From Octopus sinensis (Eukaryota): 15,284 nucleotides of DNA. Position 1 is the first letter of the stretch. Each line of letters starts with the position of its first letter. The notes under the pieces were generated by a model that made no database searches, was not told the DNA's origin, and worked only from the letters and a program-made list of their open reading frames with translations. The stretch is taken from the NCBI RefSeq assembly GCF_006345805.1, contig NW_021825508.1, positions 1 through 15,284 on the forward strand, written 5' to 3'. This document shows, piece by piece, positions 9,997-15,284 of the stretch. The position numbers were made by a program, and so were the translations under genes.

Positions 9997-10159
9997 CACA
10001 CTCACATATATATATGTATGTGCGTATGAATGCATACAAGTATACTTATAGCATATAAATATATATGTATATATGCACCATATATACCTATATATTATAT
10101 GATATATTATATATATATATATATATATAATATATATATATATTATATATATATATAGA

Positions 10160-10192
<33 letters not shown>

Positions 10193-10230
10193 TACATATC
10201 TGCATAGGTGCATGCATACATGCGCATCTT
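9862..10230. repeat. (CA)n followed by (TA)n
   Basis: Read directly from the sequence. Confidence 0.95.
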
Positions 10231-10394
10231 TGTGTACGTATGATTCTCTCACAGCCATATCCCTCATCACACCAAGCACATTATCCAATGAAAACTGGTT
10301 TTTCATGTCGAGGCTTCAGAGAGAAATATGCAGTAGGGATTAGCTTGAATGATATTTATTCTTAGTGTTTTGGGCATTCACCGAATCCAATGAA

Positions 10395-10665
10395 ACTTCC
10401 TTAAGAATTCGACTCAATCACAGATTACTTCTACTCTATAACCAAAACAAAAAGAATGTCTGAAATAAAATTAAGCAGTTGGAAACGTTTGCTACGTGGA
10501 AAGAGTCACAGAATGTAAGTGAAACATTAATTCAAAGACAGGGTTTTTCTTTTCTGCTAAACAGGAAATGCTTCACTCCTAAAAAATTATTCACCTTGTA
10601 TAAAGCGCAGATCAGATTTATTAATCTTGTACAAAAAGCTTAGAACATATTTGCTAATCCTCTAC
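10395..10665 (+). pseudogene. Decayed non-LTR retrotransposon (Jockey/CR1/L2-type) ORF2 fragment, region C-terminal to the RT core
   Basis: Frame 10464-10640 is open without an ATG: ...TWKESQNVSETLIQRQGFSFLLNRKCFTPKKLFTLYKAQIRFINLVQKA*NIFANP. This fits the pattern W..HI..I...AS.KLG.L.R.R..FT...L..LYKAQIRP.LEY...VQK.A.R.I..P that I recall for these LINEs, with the P.LEY block deleted. The 5' boundary is uncertain. Confidence 0.6.
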
Positions 10666-10682
10666 GAAGCTTAGGTCGCATT

Positions 10683-10907
10683 TACGAAGGGGTGCTGAAA
10701 AGTTTCTAGCTTTAAGGGAGGGTGTCGCGAAAGGCCTGGTTGGTGGCCTAACCTTCCGAATTCTTATGCAGATCTTAGAAAAACTGAAGGACCATCGCAA
10801 TAATTGTATGAATCTGAGAGCGGTGTGTGTTGAATAAAATCATAATTGACTGATCCTCTTGTATTTTCTTTTACCCAAAGCCAAGAACTTTGCAGCACTC
10901 CCTCGTA
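10683..10907 (+). mobile_element. Tc1/mariner-derived MITE, copy 2, TA-flanked
   Basis: TIRs tacgaaggggtgctgaaaagtttctagcttt / aaagccaagaactttgcagcactccctcgta, with TA at both ends. 10775-10837 translates LEKLKDHRNNCMNLRAVCVE*, resembling a mariner transposase C-terminus. Confidence 0.88.
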
Positions 10908-11165
10908 CTAAAGCTTAGATCAGGTTGCATTTACTATCTTCTTCAAAGTTCACGTTGCCACAGACCACTAAGCTGTAAATGGATTCCAACTATAGTTGGG
11001 ATGTTAACCCTGTGAAGGACTGGCATCACGTTCAGGAGCGAATGATTTGACGCCAGTCATTTATAGGCAATTGAAACCAGATTGAGTTCTGGATAGATTA
11101 ACTATTCTACAAAGCTCAGGTCTGATATACTACCTACTGGCCTTCCAACGCTCAGATAGCATATA

Positions 11166-11569
11166 TATTTCTTTATTGCCCACAAGGGGCAAATCATAGA
11201 GGGGACAAACAAGGATAGACAAATGGATTAAGTCGATTACATCGATCCCAGTGCGAAACTGGTACTTTATTTATCGACTCCGAAAGGATGAAAGGCAAAG
11301 TCGACCTCGGCGGAATTTGAACTTAGAACGTAACGACAGACGAAATACCTATTTCTTTACTACCAACAAAGGGAGGACAAACAAGGACAGACAGACGGAT
11401 TAAGTCGATTACATCGACCCCAGTTGTTGACTGGTACCTAATTTATCGACCCCAAAAGATGAAAGGCAAAGTCGACCTCGGCGGAATTTAAACTCAGAAC
11501 GTAGCGACAGACGAAATACCGCTAAGCATTTCGCCCGGCGCGCTAACGTGTCTGCCAGATCGACGCCTT
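11166..11569 (-). mobile_element. SINE group A head-to-tail dimer (full monomer 11569-11350 plus headless monomer 11349-11166) inside one 20-bp TSD
   Basis: Direct repeat of ~180-nt units. Flanks aacgctcagatagcatatat (11147-11166) and aacgctcaaatagcacatat (11570-11589) match at 18/20. Confidence 0.92.
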
Positions 11570-11950
11570 AACGCTCAAATAGCACATATTCTAGATTATA
11601 GCACTCGAGCCACGGAGGTAAGCAGAGGGCTCCTAAGACAACCGGGAGCTATCACGCTTCACCTCTGCCTCGGTCACTGGGTATCGACCCTATTCCCTGG
11701 GTACCTATTTGTAGAATTTTGTACTGCTCTCACATGTACATAATCGTTCTTAGCATAACCAAGCAGAGCAGCCAAATCATTTTCATCAATGCTTGAATAA
11801 GCGTGTGTATTTTTGATGTATATCGAAGCTATTTTCATACAAATATTGAAAGATCGATAAATATATAGTGGAGGAGACAGAAGAGAATGGGAACAGCATG
11901 CTTGGTACTGAGAAACCTACAGACTTTCACCTCAATCCTCGTTCTCCCAC

Positions 11951-12217
<267 letters not shown>

Positions 12218-12323
12218 ACTATCTTCCCCCCCTTTTTGTCCTCTTTCTTTCCTTTTACGATCCCTTTTGATCGAAAACCAAACCTCCTTTTTTTACCCCC
12301 AAAAGAAAAGCTCTACCTTGTAA

Positions 12324-12367
12324 TTTGCCCTGTCTGTGTGCAGCCCTGTGTGGCTAATAAAGAAACA
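12324..12367 (+). mobile_element. Isolated SINE tail fragment related to the group A tail
   Basis: tttgccctgtctgtgtgcagccctgtgtggctaataaagaaaca aligns to tttgtcccctctatgatttgccccttgtgggcaataaagaaata (minus strand of ~11166-11210). Confidence 0.6.
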
Positions 12368-12379
12368 TATCTATCAACT

Positions 12380-12490
12380 TATATTTATATGAAAATCTAT
12401 ATATGTATGCAAATGTATATATATATTATATGTATGTGTGTGTATGTGTGTGTGTCTATAAGTATATATATATGTGTGAATATATACATT
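12380..12490. repeat. (TA)n/(TG)n microsatellite
   Basis: Read directly from the sequence. Confidence 0.85.
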
Positions 12491-14319
12491 AAATGATAAA
12501 TACGGTTTTCATAAACGAGGCTCTAACAACATGACATTTATAGGAAAACGAAATAGTTAAAGAAACACAAAAATGAAGGTTATAAATGAGACGCCAGCTT
12601 ACTTTATTTCCGGTTTCATTTACAATAAATAAATGCTTTTATCAATTTTCCCAACTTTCATCTTTCACATTACTTTAAATCGTCCATCGGCGATATATTT
12701 ATGGGGAATGTTTTCTTGAGAGAAGCTCTAAGAGATAAACTTGGTAAAAAAAAACGTATGGGGCTGTCTAAATTAAAAGCACTTTATACATTCGTATATA
12801 GTTATGTATATAACAGAATATACCTTCGATCTCCCATATTCTGAGGACGAGAAAACACTTGCAAGGCAGATTTGCCGTTAATCCAGCTAGAGTCAATAAT
12901 ACAGGCATTTCTAACTTATTGTGTTCGATCCAATGAACTGTTTCACCATATGACTAATATAAACAAAATCGATATTAATAAAACCTTCTGCGTCGTTGCC
13001 TGAAATATGTTAGGGTAAGTAATTTCTGAATTCCAGTCCCGTTTCACTTCGCATTTTGTCGTTCGATAGTCAATAACAGGAATATATCAATAATATATTC
13101 GAAGCGATTTAATCGACTAAGTTCAGTCTCTTGTAAAACTCGGTTATTTCTAAACAAGTCCAACGAAATCAATCTCGTGAAATCTCGTGAAATCCCTGCG
13201 ATTAAGAAGTCAATTTTTCCACGAATAAATGTACGACGAGATTTCGATTCCTAGTACTTGCCGTTTTTCCTTCTTGCTTATCTCTAATTCTCTTTCAAGA
13301 GGCATCAACGCCACGACTTCGTTTTCATCTACCGAATCTCTTGTTTTATGGACTCTCTATACCTCATTGAAAGAAACCAGTATTATTATAGTCATATAGT
13401 CATATGACCATATTTTTTCTAAGCATTTACCTTCTTTTATTCCATGCAATAAAGTCCGTTTGATTCTCATGGTTTATGAATTTCTAAAACATTTATATGA
13501 CACTTTTGATTAAGACCTTAAAGAAAAGCATATTCTCTTCGCAGATATTTCGAAGAATTCTAGACTTCACACTCTGTCTTCGTAAATAAAATATCATTCT
13601 TGAATACAACAAATTCATGTCTGCTAGATTTTTCAGTAAATTTAAACAGCTTCTATTTAGCTAAAACGTACAGCGTGAGTAGAAATGAATCGCCTTCCTC
13701 CTCTGATCATGTATCGGGGAAACAGCAAATTATTGGATAACTTCAAACTTTTGCCAGCTATCTCCATTAACTGCTCGTCTTTGTTTGATACTATAGAGAT
13801 TTAACAATTATTTAATGCTCATCAATGGATCATATTTCTAATCACTCTATTTAAGAGAAGAAATATGGAAAGAATTCCATGCGACTAGTTTTCCTTATAA
13901 ACTAGCATCGTAGATCTATTTCAACCACGACCAGAGCCCACGACACTTATGGCAACCACATTCGTTGTTGCTTAACGGACGCCATTACTATGACTCCGTA
14001 ACTAACAATCCCACGTCGCTCCAACTATGTTTGATTACACTTTCGAACTATCTAAATCAGTTTCTGGTTTTCTCTTTCTCTATTCTTCTTTCTACTTATA
14101 AGTTCTTCTATTTACATATTCTTTTAGTGCCATATTTCACACGCAACATACACACACAGACACATACACACGCTTACGCGCACAAACGCGCGCATTTTCA
14201 CACAAATTTAGATAAAATAGCACAAAAGGTGAAAGGAACAAAAGAGACGGAGAGTTAAACGTGAGAGGCAAGAAAAGTTAAACAAAAATTCAAAAGGTAT
14301 GTAAAAAAACACACATATT

Positions 14320-14472
14320 GGTGTGGGTGGGTGGTAAGAAGCTTGCTTCACAACCACATGGATTTGGGTTCAGTCCCGCTGCGTGACATATTGGGCGAGT
14401 GTCTTGTTCAATAGACTCAAGTCTTGTGAGTGGATTTGGTTGGAGGAAACTGGAAAAAGCACGCCGTATATA
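14320..14472 (+). mobile_element. SINE group B 5' half (tRNA-like head to the start of the internal microsatellite)
   Basis: B-box-like gggttcagtccc at 14366-14377. ttgtgagtggatttggttggaggaaactggaaaaagcacgccgtata aligns to the reverse complement of ~4030-4150. Confidence 0.8.
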
Positions 14473-14476
14473 TGCG

Positions 14477-14508
14477 TATTATTCAACTACGAGAGTAGTT
14501 GAATAATA
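14477..14508. other. Perfect 14-bp inverted repeat with 4-nt GAGA loop
   Basis: tattattcaactac-gaga-gtagttgaataata. Confidence 0.9.
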
Positions 14509-15284
14509 TTCTTAAGACCACAATTTACTCTCACGCATCACCTTCAGAGATTTGTCGCTAAATCCGTTCTTAACCAAACTGAAACCGGGAAACCGGGTCC
14601 ATAAGCCTGGGTAGGCTTTAAAAGGGCGCATTTTATAATATAATACACTTCTTGACGCGGATGTTTGCACCGTAAAACATTCCACTAAAAGCAACCCACG
14701 ATCAAGTAATGTGTAAAATCTGACGACAGTTTAAATTTAACCCTGGAAATACTGTGCGATCTATCATTTATTTGGGGAGAACGAATGGGTGTTTTACTGT
14801 TTAGTATCCCGTATGTGGATCTGTAGTATTAACTCAGCAGATGAACAGAATTAATATATAAATATTTAGTAGCTGTATATTTGAATGGGTATTTTCAATT
14901 TATGATAGTATTTCCGGAGGTTATATGTACTGAGAATCTTTGTGATATAGTTTTACGTTAATATTGTTGTTATTGAATTCGTTGTCAATTTTAACAAAGG
15001 AAAAGCTAAGAAGAAGAAAAAAAAGGCAATAAGCCATGAAGATAATGTGGCCAGGAAGAGTTAACATATGACATAGCTCTGCTTTAGACGATGTGATCTT
15101 TAGCTCTCATCTTGTTACTGTCAGCGAACGCCGCCAGAGAAATGCGGGTCCTATGAGTATATCATGTTTCGGAGAAGAATGAAAAAAAAAAAAAAGAAAA
15201 GAGATTAAGAAAAAGGCATCGATTATTTTAACAAACGCCAAAAGGGATTTCAAAGGCTTATAGAGACCATATAGGTTAAAATAA

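Noticed and set aside
11166-11569. Direct repeats superficially like LTRs or a CRISPR-type array
   Set aside because: The units are adjacent SINE monomers with no spacers, no internal domain and no cas genes, in a eukaryotic context.
12900-12945. Minus-strand WIEHNKLEM resembling an RT 'W...NKL.LN' motif
   Set aside because: Flanking translation gave no further RT motifs, and the match is too short to support a call.
13431-13483. Possible 53-nt minus-strand exon (KFINHENQTDFIAWNKR)
   Set aside because: Weak polypyrimidine tract and an unrecognised peptide. Such site pairs are expected by chance in AT-rich DNA.
13545-13674. Possible plus-strand exon (ctcttcgcag| ... |gtgagt)
   Set aside because: Stops in all frames, weak donor context and no supporting evidence.

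Overview
AT-rich, repeat-dense eukaryotic non-coding DNA (intron or intergenic). The repeat families look like those of Octopus (coleoid cephalopod), recognised from memory and not by a search. I find no intact protein-coding gene, rRNA, true tRNA or CRISPR array. Almost all listed ORFs are read-throughs of (TA)n, (CA)n, (TCTA)n or trinucleotide tracts, or of SINEs. The window holds at least three tRNA-like SINE groups (my labels A, B, C), two copies of a ~225-bp mariner-derived MITE, a decayed LINE reverse-transcriptase fragment missed by the ORF track, long microsatellites, and one plausible non-coding minus-strand exon. The best-supported unusual signals concern SINE architecture. A head-to-tail SINE dimer sits inside one 20-bp target-site duplication (TSD), and its junction recurs at position 1. 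Two TSD-flanked SINEs share a head but have unrelated tails. One SINE copy has a twin-priming-like inversion. Boundaries of degenerate repeats are approximate.
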